Shown here one piece after another: positions 1 through 6,711 of a stretch of 9,039 bases of DNA. This DNA comes from a virus. Taxonomy: Duplodnaviria > Heunggongvirae > Uroviricota > Caudoviricetes. The stretch covers positions 1 to 9,039 of IMG/VR virus record IMGVR_UViG_2645727555_000009. One strand, written 5' to 3'. How positions within the stretch are numbered: the first letter of the stretch is position 1; the number at the start of each line of letters is the position of its first letter. A program made the position numbers and the translations under genes. The notes under the pieces are model-generated. The model saw only the letters and a list, made by a program, of their open reading frames with translations. It had not been told where the DNA came from and searched no databases.

Positions 1-38
1 CGTGCGGGTGCGTTGAGGATGCCTGACACATCAGAGGT

Positions 39-60
39 GGCGAGGGATTTCTCCCTCGCC
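39..60 (-). other. Stable hairpin just downstream of the hok stop; possible mRNA 3'-end structure
   Basis: Perfect 9-bp stem GGCGAGGGA / TCCCTCGCC with a 4-nt loop, 7 nt beyond the hok stop on the transcribed strand. No U-run follows on either strand, so it is not a canonical intrinsic terminator. Confidence 0.3.
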
Positions 61-67
61 GGGTCTC

Positions 68-223
68 TTACTCCTCAGGTTCGTAAACTGTGAAGACAGC
101 GACCTCCGTCTGGCCGGTTCGGATTCGTACCTCGCAGAGGTCTTTCCTCGTTACCAGTGCCGTCACTATGACGGTTAAACAGATGACGATCAGGGCGATT
201 AACATCGCCTTTTGCTGCTTCAT
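68..223 (-). CDS. hokD: Hok/Gef family type I membrane toxin (HokD/RelF-like), 51 aa
   Basis: Translation from the internal ATG at 223 gives MKQQKAMLIALIVICLTVIVTALVTRKDLCEVRIRTGQTEVAVFTVYEPEE: a hydrophobic transmembrane helix followed by the conserved Hok periplasmic motif (RKxLCEVRIRTGQTEVA). It matches my recollection of E. coli HokD/RelF closely. AAGGAG lies 7 nt upstream of this ATG. The provided 70-aa ORF (68..280) is an in-frame upstream extension that may be a mok-like leader frame. Paralogue assignment is from memory, not a search. Confidence 0.85.
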   Translation of the reverse strand: MKQQKAMLIALIVICLTVIVTALVTRKDLCEVRIRTGQTEVAVFTVYEPEE

Positions 224-514
224 AGCCTGCTTCTCCTTGCCTTTCGGCACGTAAGAGGCTAACCTAGATTTGCCGTTCATAGATTGAGCCTCAGATTAAT
301 GTTAAGCGTCTTGCAGGACGCGTAATGTTAACTGGGGCTTTTCTCTATCTGCCTTTTGGTATTCATGCCTGAGACAGATAGCCTCAAGCACCCGCAGCAA
401 TTCTACTTAACTATCCTTTCCCCGCAAATCGTTTTTATCCCCAGCGACAAATCGAATACACCACCAGCGCCACCGCCATTGCGATCCCTACCGTTGTGAA
501 TGCCTCAGGCCAGG

Positions 515-859
515 TCATCGTAAAACATCCTCTGCGCTTATCAGTCCGTTTCGCTTCAGGTAGTCCATCGCCTTACCCGGCAATTTACAGTCCGGCTTCG
601 TTTTCCTCAGTTGCCAGGTTAACTGCTTTACCAGCATGGTTAACTCGTCGACCAGACGCTGATGTCCCACTGGTTTGTATTCATGCAATTTACCGGCTGG
701 CTCTGCTGCCAGCGATGCCAGTGCGATTTCCAGAACAGCAATATCCATCTTATATGTGCGGATGATGTCATGGTCGATTGTGCCCGGTATGCACAGTCTC
801 TGTGCTTCAATAGTCTCCTCTGCGTGAGCTATTAACTGCTCTCTGGTAAAAGTGGTCAT
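515..859 (-). CDS. Hypothetical small phage protein (114 aa), N-terminal paralogue of the 1373..1798 product
   Basis: ORF with a GAAGGAAG Shine-Dalgarno inside the upstream gene and an ATGA start/stop overlap with the 856..1371 gene. Its N-terminus ([20 protein letters not shown]...[10 protein letters not shown]) parallels MTELTKEQLIEEAKLKIAIAK...IALTSLEAEP of the 1373..1798 product, and the DNA around 690..730 resembles 1670..1710. Confidence 0.6.
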   Translation of the reverse strand: MTTFTREQLIAHAEETIEAQRLCIPGTIDHDIIRTYKMDIAVLEIALASLAAEPAGKLHEYKPVGHQRLVDELTMLVKQLTWQLRKTKPDCKLPGKAMDYLKRNGLISAEDVLR

Positions 860-1371
860 GCCGCGCTTCCTTCTTGCTTATTAACGATTACACCGTCATA
901 TATTTCATTAAGGTGTCCCCTCAACTCCATGCGCCTTAATGCAGACAACATGTAATCGCATTCAACCTGCTTATTTCCAGTAAATGGCTTATCGTCAGGA
1001 TCACCCCAACAGCAATTACCCTTGGGCCACCCATGTACTTTCCGTACTCTTCCGTTAACAACGTGAAGTAATCCCCAGCCAGGTGGTAAATCCTCAATTG
1101 AAATAATTCCCGGCTCACTAATAAAGAATCTCCAGTCGCCCATGCCAAGAGAGGGATTTTTACGGAAACGCTTTTTTCTATCTGCCAACAAGTCAGCACG
1201 AGAACACTTCGCCTCTATCAGGCATGATGCTGAATTTCTGAATCCCATAGCATCTGGTTGTTCTCCAGTACTGGTTACAGCAACAAAGCGGTCATGAAAG
1301 CAAACCTTGAACCCGTTGCGCTTAAGGAACCTGTACGCAATCTGACAGAGTTCGCGGTGTGTTAACGCCAT
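856..1371 (-). CDS. Putative PD-(D/E)xK nuclease-fold protein (Hjc / VRR-NUC-like N-terminal domain) with a Cys-rich C-terminal region, 171 aa
   Basis: The N-terminus has the layout helix ([19 protein letters not shown]), then GEQPD, then CLIEAK 11 residues after the PD, i.e. a PD...ExK motif as in Hjc/VRR-NUC resolvase-type nucleases. The C-terminal part carries several Cys (NCCWGD, ECD). Start is coupled to the upstream gene (GGAGAATGAGATG). Fold assignment is by motif recognition only. Confidence 0.5.
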   Translation of the reverse strand: MALTHRELCQIAYRFLKRNGFKVCFHDRFVAVTSTGEQPDAMGFRNSASCLIEAKCSRADLLADRKKRFRKNPSLGMGDWRFFISEPGIISIEDLPPGWGLLHVVNGRVRKVHGWPKGNCCWGDPDDKPFTGNKQVECDYMLSALRRMELRGHLNEIYDGVIVNKQEGSAA

Positions 1372-1372
1372 C

Positions 1373-1798
1373 TCATTCTCCTTTGATGCGAATGTTTACA
1401 ACCTGACAAACCTCTTTGAGTACCCAGTCAACAGCGTCTTTCCACGCTCCAGTCTCAACTGGCGGATTCTCACGTTTTACTTGTTCATAGAAGTGCACAG
1501 CTTTAACCAGTCCTTCAGGTACTACAGGCACTGGCGGCATGCGATACAATGGAGTAACACAACGCGAAGCCTCATATTTATCTGACGGACGCTGAAATAT
1601 CTCACCGAACCCATATTTTTCAATATCTCGCAGTTCCTCGTCGTCAGTCCATGCCACCGGTTCTGCTTCCAGCGATGTCAGTGCAATTTTGAGTAACTCA
1701 CCCTCTACTCGTGCCACGCCTGAATTGGGATGGCATTTCGCAATCGCTATTTTTAATTTGGCTTCTTCGATTAATTGCTCTTTTGTTAATTCAGTCAT
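1373..1798 (-). CDS. Hypothetical small phage protein (141 aa), modular: N-terminus paralogous to the 515..859 product, C-terminus (…IRIKGE) shared with the 2228..2689 product
   Basis: ORF whose stop lies 1 nt before the next start. Shares an N-terminal ~50-aa module with the 114-aa protein and a C-terminal GxW…IRIKGE tail with the 153-aa protein. Confidence 0.55.
   Translation of the reverse strand: MTELTKEQLIEEAKLKIAIAKCHPNSGVARVEGELLKIALTSLEAEPVAWTDDEELRDIEKYGFGEIFQRPSDKYEASRCVTPLYRMPPVPVVPEGLVKAVHFYEQVKRENPPVETGAWKDAVDWVLKEVCQVVNIRIKGE
1377..1394. repeat. 18-bp exact direct repeat TCTCCTTTGATGCGAATG, copy 1, at the 141-aa/171-aa gene junction
   Basis: Identical 18-mer to 2256..2273. On the coding (minus) strand it reads CATTCGCATCAAAGGAGA, encoding the C-terminal RIKGE and supplying the AAGGAG ribosome-binding site for the next gene. 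Confidence 0.9.
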
Positions 1799-1893
1799 TT
1801 TTCATTACCGCTCTTTCTGGCGGCCTCCTGATGTTCTGAGGGTGCAGAAATCCCTCCGGCTAAGGATTAAATTTTTAACAGTTCTAAATTTAA

Positions 1894-2250
1894 CTATTCA
1901 GTTCTGGATTTTGTCGCCCTGCGTATCCGCGCTTTCGCGTTACGCTCAATCTGAATTAGCTTTTCTATATTTTTCCGTCTTTCCCGTTCCTCCTGACGCA
2001 ATAGCCTTACATCATCTGCCAGTCTGGTTTCTCTTTTCGCCACAGAGAGCATCCAGTCAAATGGCTCCACAACTGCGCCGCAGATTTTACAGCGGACCTG
2101 ACGCTCTTTTTCATCAACCCGGACAGAGGCGTGATGGCAGTATGGTCTTTCCGATGGCTCATAAAGAAAATTAACCTGATTACGCGGGTCATCCTCTTTT
2201 ACAGGAAATAAAACGATATTGCTTAACTCATCCTCTGGTTTTATTTCCAT
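1894..2250 (-). CDS. Hypothetical zinc-ribbon protein with a basic coiled-coil C-terminus (118 aa)
   Basis: Strong Shine-Dalgarno AGGAGAGGAG before the ATG at 2250. Contains CHH…(x16)…CKIC, a likely Zn-binding motif, and an Arg/Lys/Glu-rich C-terminal helix. No family recognised. Confidence 0.55.
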   Translation of the reverse strand: MEIKPEDELSNIVLFPVKEDDPRNQVNFLYEPSERPYCHHASVRVDEKERQVRCKICGAVVEPFDWMLSVAKRETRLADDVRLLRQEERERRKNIEKLIQIERNAKARIRRATKSRTE

Positions 2251-2689
2251 GCTCCTCTCCTTTGATGCGAATGCCAGCGACGCGTAATGCGTGTTCTAGG
2301 TCAATCAGGTAAAGCCAACTGCCATTTTCTTTAGGTATCATGACATGTCGCTCATCTGCATTTATCGGGTGTCCATATCGAAGGTCGTAGCGAGTCGGTA
2401 ATTGAACTTCCCGCGCTTCCAGTGCAGCAATACGCTTGCTCCCATCAGAGATAACGCCTTCGTAATACTCACGCTGCTCGTTGAGTTGTGATTTTGCTTC
2501 TTCCAGTCCATCCAGCAAATCAGCGATAATATCCGCTTCCCGATGACGGATGTGACGCTTAAACGCAGCAAGAGCCGCATCACAATCCCGTTCAGCATTT
2601 GGGCTGTCCGGGATAGCCTGATACCACGCCAGCGTCGACTGATAGTTTTGTGCTGCCTCACGAAGCGCCTCATAGTTAACCTCTCTCAT
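2228..2689 (-). CDS. Hypothetical phage protein (153 aa) sharing the IRIKGE C-terminal module
   Basis: GAGGTGG Shine-Dalgarno and ATG at 2689, with an ATGA overlap onto the upstream gene's stop. Its 3' end overlaps the next gene's start by 23 nt. Confidence 0.55.
   Translation of the reverse strand: MREVNYEALREAAQNYQSTLAWYQAIPDSPNAERDCDAALAAFKRHIRHREADIIADLLDGLEEAKSQLNEQREYYEGVISDGSKRIAALEAREVQLPTRYDLRYGHPINADERHVMIPKENGSWLYLIDLEHALRVAGIRIKGEEHGNKTRG
2256..2273. repeat. 18-bp exact direct repeat TCTCCTTTGATGCGAATG, copy 2, at the 153-aa/118-aa gene junction
   Basis: Exact match to 1377..1394; flanking DNA is not conserved. Confidence 0.9.
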
Positions 2690-2982
2690 TGAGCCACCTC
2701 CTGATAAATCACCGCATGCCCCAGTTTCTCCGCCAGTGCCAGCTCTGCCTTAGCGCCCGCTGACCGCTGCCAGCCATTCAGCATGTAAATCGCATCCACA
2801 CAACGAATCATTGCCATGCAAATATCCATGTAGTGCGGCTGTGTCAGCCCGTCCGGAAGTACTGCCGGGTTTAAGACGGTATGCCCTTCCCGTTTCAGTT
2901 CCTCTTCCGCCTTGTGAAACGCCTCACGGTTGAAATTTTCATATCCCGTCATTGGACCGGCAATATAAACTCTCACCCTCAC
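2686..2982 (-). CDS. DUF4406-like protein (nucleoside 2-deoxyribosyltransferase-like fold), about 98 aa
   Basis: Proposed GTG start at 2982, with AGGAGG 8 nt upstream and overlapping the upstream stop. The N-terminal motif VRVYIAGPMTGYENFN…VLNP is what I recall for DUF4406/NDT-like proteins. The provided ORF (to 3051) is probably over-extended at the 5' end. Confidence 0.55.
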   Translation of the reverse strand: MRVRVYIAGPMTGYENFNREAFHKAEEELKREGHTVLNPAVLPDGLTQPHYMDICMAMIRCVDAIYMLNGWQRSAGAKAELALAEKLGHAVIYQEVAQ

Positions 2983-3371
2983 TCCATCACCTCCTGAAAG
3001 TTTCCCCGATAGAACGCCAGCACACGCTGCATAACCTCGCTCTGGCGGCACTCACGACAAATTATGTTCTGCCATCTGTTGTAACGACGTATTTCTCCGT
3101 CAGGTAACTTTCGAATCAGTGTCGGGTCAGCAGCCTTCTCCGGTGTCTTACGCCATACGCGATACGCCTGCTCTGATGGAAATACCCCGCAATCAGAGAG
3201 CCAGACATCACCACAGGCCGCAAGCGCACCAGATAAACGACGAATAGCGGTCTTACTGACACCCGTTTTATCTGCCAGTTGTCGAAAAGTTTCTCGTCCG
3301 CTCAGGCGCACGAATTCCACAATGCGCGCCTTCACTTCTTCCCGCTCTTCCTGTGTAAATACTCTTGCCAT
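2979..3371 (-). CDS. Hypothetical helix-turn-helix protein (about 130 aa)
   Basis: ATG at 3371 preceded by GGAGGT; the longer ORF to 3386 begins with TTG and is less likely. HTH-like segment RETFRQLADKTGVSKTAIRRLSGAL, plus a CxxC near the C-terminus (ICRECRQ). Confidence 0.55.
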   Translation of the reverse strand: MARVFTQEEREEVKARIVEFVRLSGRETFRQLADKTGVSKTAIRRLSGALAACGDVWLSDCGVFPSEQAYRVWRKTPEKAADPTLIRKLPDGEIRRYNRWQNIICRECRQSEVMQRVLAFYRGNFQEVME

Positions 3372-3386
3372 AAGTACCTCCGGCAA

Positions 3387-4157
3387 TCACTTTTCCGACA
3401 CAATACGACTGGAGGAATCGACAATCTGTCGAACAATATCCTGGTGCTTGTTCAGCTCACGCAGCGCAGCACAGACTCGCTCCCACTTCTGAACCTGACC
3501 TTTTGCCCGGCGCAGTTCGCGGTTAGCCACATGCAGCGATGGTAAAATCAGACTATCCGGATGCTTTCTGGTGAACGACGGCTGTGACTGCACTGTGACC
3601 GCCACACTTTCAGTTTTAATTTCTTCCTGTGTTTCCGCTTCCCGGACTGGTAACGCAACACCTGCTGGCTGAGGAAAGGCTTTACCATCGGTTTCCGTTA
3701 CCGATGCAGCTTCCGGCTCTGCCGGTAAATCAGCGCCCGGTATGCAGTAACGAAATTTACCGTTCTGATTTACGCGTGCCAGGCGCCCCGTTGCTGTTAC
3801 GACCGCCAACGTGGAAGCAACCTTGCGAATGCTAACACCGAACTTATCCGCCACTTCCTCACACGTTTTAGCCCCATCCTGACAGATAAACTCAATCATC
3901 ATGTCCGCGGTAACTTTTTGTTCGACCTCCCCGGTCAGCACATCCGGTACTTCAGACTGTGCTGGCTGCTCTTCGGTTACCCCGGATTCACCTTCACCAG
4001 CCAGAAACCAGGTGTGACCCGTTTTATCAACAACGCCATTTTTTTTGAGTTCCCACAGTTCGTTGAGAACTTCTTCACGGCTGATATCAAGCCGCGCCGC
4101 CAGTTCAACAGAATTGGCTTTACCCATCGCTTTCAGTGCATGCAATACGGTTTCCAT
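3387..4157 (-). CDS. Hypothetical phage protein with two winged-helix-like modules separated by acidic linkers (256 aa)
   Basis: GGAGGAAG Shine-Dalgarno before the ATG at 4157. Residues 1-45 ([37 protein letters not shown]) and about 85-135 ([33 protein letters not shown]) both resemble wHTH DNA-binding modules, separated by E/Q/T-rich low-complexity linkers. Confidence 0.6.
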   Translation of the reverse strand: METVLHALKAMGKANSVELAARLDISREEVLNELWELKKNGVVDKTGHTWFLAGEGESGVTEEQPAQSEVPDVLTGEVEQKVTADMMIEFICQDGAKTCEEVADKFGVSIRKVASTLAVVTATGRLARVNQNGKFRYCIPGADLPAEPEAASVTETDGKAFPQPAGVALPVREAETQEEIKTESVAVTVQSQPSFTRKHPDSLILPSLHVANRELRRAKGQVQKWERVCAALRELNKHQDIVRQIVDSSSRIVSEK

Positions 4158-4186
4158 TAAAACTTCCTCCGGATAAAAATTACTTC

Positions 4187-4927
4187 TCAGTTCCTGTGCT
4201 GGCTGACGTTCGGACGCCAGCTCTCCCAGTTAAACGTCACCCAGCGACCACCGTTCATGACCATGCGGTCCATCACACGCTCGCCAAGAAGCGTACTCAT
4301 CGCTACGTGGTTCAGGTTCGTCAGCATTCCGACACTACGCATCGAAGCCGTTCTGCGGTCGACTATCTGGTTCAGTGTGACCTGCTCGTTGCGCGTATCC
4401 CGCTGCATTCCGATTTCATCCAGGACAAGCAGGTCAACATCACACAACCCCTGTAAAAATTTTTCGCCTGAGTTTTTGTTGTCGTAGCTGTTGTGTAACG
4501 CCAGCATCACATCAGCCACCGTTATCACAATCACGCTGCGACCTTTCGCCAGAAGATGATTGCCAATGGCGGCTGCAAGGTGGTTCTTTCCGGTACCCGG
4601 CTTACCGCTGAACACAAAATTCGTGCACCCTGTCATCAGTTCGTCAGCGATGGATTTTGCCTGGCTCAGCGCATGTTTTTGCCCGTCGTTCTGCACCTGA
4701 TAATTCGCAAACGAGCATTTGCTGTGCAGAGGCTGGATGCCCGAACGATTCAGGATTTTTTCCACCCGCAACTGGCGATTCTGGCGGTTGATCTCCTCGC
4801 TACGTTTTCGCCCTTCTGCCAGTTGCCACTCGCGCCACTCGTCCACTGTCCGGTACGGCGCGATTACATGCTGCGGGGTCAGCTTACGGATACGCTCAAG
4901 AACACCACCTGTCGCGATATTTTTCAT
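4187..4927 (-). CDS. DnaC-like AAA+ helicase loader (phage P-protein functional analogue; YdaV/IstB-like ATPase)
   Basis: Walker [16 protein letters not shown] and Walker [10 protein letters not shown], 246 aa, AGGGGGTAA Shine-Dalgarno, lying immediately downstream of the initiator gene. Confidence 0.85.
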   Translation of the reverse strand: MKNIATGGVLERIRKLTPQHVIAPYRTVDEWREWQLAEGRKRSEEINRQNRQLRVEKILNRSGIQPLHSKCSFANYQVQNDGQKHALSQAKSIADELMTGCTNFVFSGKPGTGKNHLAAAIGNHLLAKGRSVIVITVADVMLALHNSYDNKNSGEKFLQGLCDVDLLVLDEIGMQRDTRNEQVTLNQIVDRRTASMRSVGMLTNLNHVAMSTLLGERVMDRMVMNGGRWVTFNWESWRPNVSQHRN

Positions 4928-4933
4928 GGCCCG

Positions 4934-5899
4934 TTACCCCCTGAACCCCGGCGGAATTTCGGTATCCGGCTCAGAAATATGATTCACGCAACGCTGTACA
5001 GACGAACGCCCCAGGCGGATAACCAGTTCATCCCATTTTTCGCGAAGCTTTGACGGACTCATGATATTTTTTACCCAGAATGGATCCCGCTGCGCCCGAC
5101 CAAACATTTCACAAATTTGTCTGTGAGTTCTGCCATCCAGCATCCGCATTGTGCGCACGTCGTTGGCCCATGCGGTCCAGTTGGGTTCTTTCGGTCGCGA
5201 AATCTCGCCATCATCGCTGGCGGCCTGCTCGTAAAGACTCACGATTCGTCCCCAGATCCACTGCGCACACGCCAAATCTTCCTGGTTGCCCCACTGGCGT
5301 TTTTTTGCACTGAACACAACCGCGTCAGGGTGTCGGGTTAAAAAATCCTGTTCAACCGTCTGCGGGTCCGGTTGCGAAGCTTCCGGACGAGAAGTGTTTT
5401 TATTCTCTGTAGTAATCTCTGTTGTATTCTCTGTAAGATCATCAGGCCATTTTGACCCGATGACATTGAGTCGTTTTGAACCAATGGAACGTGCCATTTT
5501 GGCCCCTTCCATCGTGTCATTCTGACCTGATGGAGCAGCGCATTTTGACCTGATGGATTCGCTCACTTTGCCACCATTTAAAAGCTCGCTCTCGTAATTA
5601 ATCGTGTAAAAATTAGTCATATCACGCTTTGATTTATTGAGCTTTTCGCAACGCAAAAGCCCCAGCGTTTTCAGACTTGCAAATGCGCGTTTTAACGTTG
5701 ACTCTGACCAGAACGGGAACTGCTCCAGCCATTGTTCTGTTGTGTTATAAATCCAGCGAACACCATCACATTCCATGCCGGAACCGGTATCTCTCAACCA
5801 GTAATGCAACTGCTGCAACACGATGGCTTCGTTCAGACCAATTTTCATCGCCAGCTGCGTGTTTATAACCAGCGGACGTTCAGCAAAAAGGAGCTTCAT
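4934..5899 (-). CDS. Phage replication initiation protein (lambda O-like / YdaU-like), with the origin iterons inside the coding sequence
   Basis: Long ORF upstream of the DnaC-like gene. ATG at 5899 (MKLLFAERP…); the provided ORF extends to a TTG at 5923 that overlaps the ydaT stop. Five iterons lie inside the coding sequence, encoding the repeated IGSK peptide. The C-terminus is the type typically fused to helicase-loader-recruiting initiators. Confidence 0.75.
   Translation of the reverse strand: MKLLFAERPLVINTQLAMKIGLNEAIVLQQLHYWLRDTGSGMECDGVRWIYNTTEQWLEQFPFWSESTLKRAFASLKTLGLLRCEKLNKSKRDMTNFYTINYESELLNGGKVSESIRSKCAAPSGQNDTMEGAKMARSIGSKRLNVIGSKWPDDLTENTTEITTENKNTSRPEASQPDPQTVEQDFLTRHPDAVVFSAKKRQWGNQEDLACAQWIWGRIVSLYEQAASDDGEISRPKEPNWTAWANDVRTMRMLDGRTHRQICEMFGRAQRDPFWVKNIMSPSKLREKWDELVIRLGRSSVQRCVNHISEPDTEIPPGFRG
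5448..5558. repeat. Putative phage replication origin: five iterons (consensus CATTTTGACCTGATGGA) with about 23-bp periodicity, followed by a moderately AT-rich segment (5560..5640)
   Basis: Iteron starts at 5448, 5472, 5495, 5518 and 5541 (spacing 24/23/23/23). The two best copies are CATTCTGACCTGATGGA (5518..5534) and CATTTTGACCTGATGGA (5541..5557). The layout matches a lambda-type origin embedded in the O gene. Confidence 0.7.
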
Positions 5900-5908
5900 C
5901 CCCCCCCC
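5900..5908. repeat. Homopolymeric tract (C9 on plus, G9 on the coding strand) directly abutting the initiator ATG
   Basis: Nine consecutive C at 5900..5908. On the minus strand this is GGGGGGGGG immediately 5' of the ATG at 5899, or inside the coding sequence if the TTG at 5923 is the start. Confidence 0.9.
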
Positions 5909-5919
5909 AGAACACGTTA

Positions 5920-6345
5920 TCAATGCGCCACCACGGCATTTCCCGCCGGACCACCACGATTCATCTGATCGAACAACACGATCGCTGCCGCAACAAACTC
6001 ATCGATATCTTTCACCAGGCGCTCCCGTCGCTCGACAAGCTCCCGGTGATATTCCGAACTGTGGCTGCGCATTCGGGCCACCAGTGGAGGCGGCATTGCT
6101 TTTTCGATCGCCGGTAACAACGCCTGAATTTTTTTAACCGCATCAGGGGTGTCTTTTTCTACCCAGCGGAAAATTTTCTGGGTATTACGAGACAGGGCTT
6201 CCGGATGGCTGTCGTCATACAGTTCAGGAAACGTCATACCCAACTCAAAATAAGCCTGGGTTATTCCAGCTACTGGAACTTTTTCGCCATCAGGACGCGC
6301 CCAGGCATTCATTGCCATGCGGATGTGTTCATGCTTGATTTTCAT
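5920..6345 (-). CDS. ydaT: YdaT-like protein (proposed cII functional analogue of Rac/CP-933P-type prophages), 141 aa
   Basis: Sits second in the rightward operon, directly after the Cro-like gene and before the replication genes. Its size and N-terminus (MKIKHEHIRMAMNAW…) fit my recollection of the YdaT family. Family assignment is from memory. Confidence 0.55.
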   Translation of the reverse strand: MKIKHEHIRMAMNAWARPDGEKVPVAGITQAYFELGMTFPELYDDSHPEALSRNTQKIFRWVEKDTPDAVKKIQALLPAIEKAMPPPLVARMRSHSSEYHRELVERRERLVKDIDEFVAAAIVLFDQMNRGGPAGNAVVAH

Positions 6346-6604
6346 GAATCACCCCCGCCTCTGGTTGTGTGTTAGCCTGATACTCGACAGGTAAGCCGTC
6401 GGTTGGGTTGGGATAAGTACTGCCATCAATCTCGTGCGGAGTTACTATCCAGCCTGTTGCTTCGCACCAGCGTAAAATTTTTTTCCCCGTAAGTTTCGCC
6501 CGTCCGGTAATGACATGGCTTACCATCCCTTGGGTTACCCCAACAATTTCAGCAAAATGCTTCTGAGTTATACCGGAATGATGCAAATATTCTCCAAGAT
6601 TCAT
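6329..6604 (-). CDS. ydaS: Cro-like HTH regulator (YdaS/DicC-type), 91 aa
   Basis: First gene of the rightward operon, divergent from the repressor gene. HTH segment ITQKHFAEIVGVTQGMVSHV; GAGGTGA Shine-Dalgarno 5 nt before the ATG at 6604. Confidence 0.65.
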   Translation of the reverse strand: MNLGEYLHHSGITQKHFAEIVGVTQGMVSHVITGRAKLTGKKILRWCEATGWIVTPHEIDGSTYPNPTDGLPVEYQANTQPEAGVIHENQA

Positions 6605-6615
6605 TGTTCACCTCA

Positions 6616-6628
6616 TGTGATGTCATCA
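6616..6628. promoter_or_regulatory. 13-bp perfect palindrome GTGATG-T-CATCAC in the ydaS leader / transcription start region
   Basis: Perfect dyad symmetry about 12 bp upstream of the ydaS start codon. A candidate operator, possibly for Cro-like or YdaT autoregulation, or a leader hairpin. Confidence 0.4.
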
Positions 6629-6634
6629 CGATCA

Positions 6635-6676
6635 TTAATAGCATTGTTATTTTTAAAAGTAAATAGCATCACTATT
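6635..6676. promoter_or_regulatory. Operator pair (OR-like) in the divergent promoter region: two 17-bp sites of type AATAG-N5-CTATT, centres 25 bp apart
   Basis: Site 1 TAATAGCATTGTTATTT (6635..6651) and site 2 AAATAGCATCACTATTT (6660..6676). Both are internally palindromic and match a third copy at 7759..7775. They overlap candidate minus-strand promoter hexamers: TTGAAA / TTTAAA and TTTACT / TATTAA. Confidence 0.6.
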
Positions 6677-6711
6677 TCAAAGAGATTAATAATCTTATTA
6701 GAATTGAAGGT

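Noticed and set aside
936-1199. 87-aa minus-strand ORF inside the nuclease-like gene, plus similar nested ORFs at 2007..2192, 2362..2673 and 5338..5520
   Set aside because: They are alternative frames wholly inside stronger coupled genes, with no start signals.
42-1856. 11-mer GAGGGATTTCT at 42..52 present as its reverse complement at 1846..1856
   Set aside because: Both fall in short GAGGG/CCCTC hairpins. They are 1.8 kb apart, too far for hok mRNA 5'/3' fold-back pairing, and a single 11-mer match is only weakly significant. Probably a coincidental similar hairpin.
1689-2174. 161-aa plus-strand ORF, and similar plus-strand ORFs at 496..765, 4556..5053, 5080..5525 and 5823..6137
   Set aside because: These are antisense shadows of well-supported minus-strand genes, with low-complexity Ser/Arg/Pro-rich translations and no ribosome-binding sites.
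5402-5437. Tandem TTCTCTGT-type repeats (about 12-bp period) that could be taken for extra iterons or a CRISPR-like array
   Set aside because: They lie inside the initiator coding sequence and encode a low-complexity linker (TENTTEITTENKN), with no spacer/repeat regularity. The real iterons are the CATTTTGACC repeats at 5448..5558.
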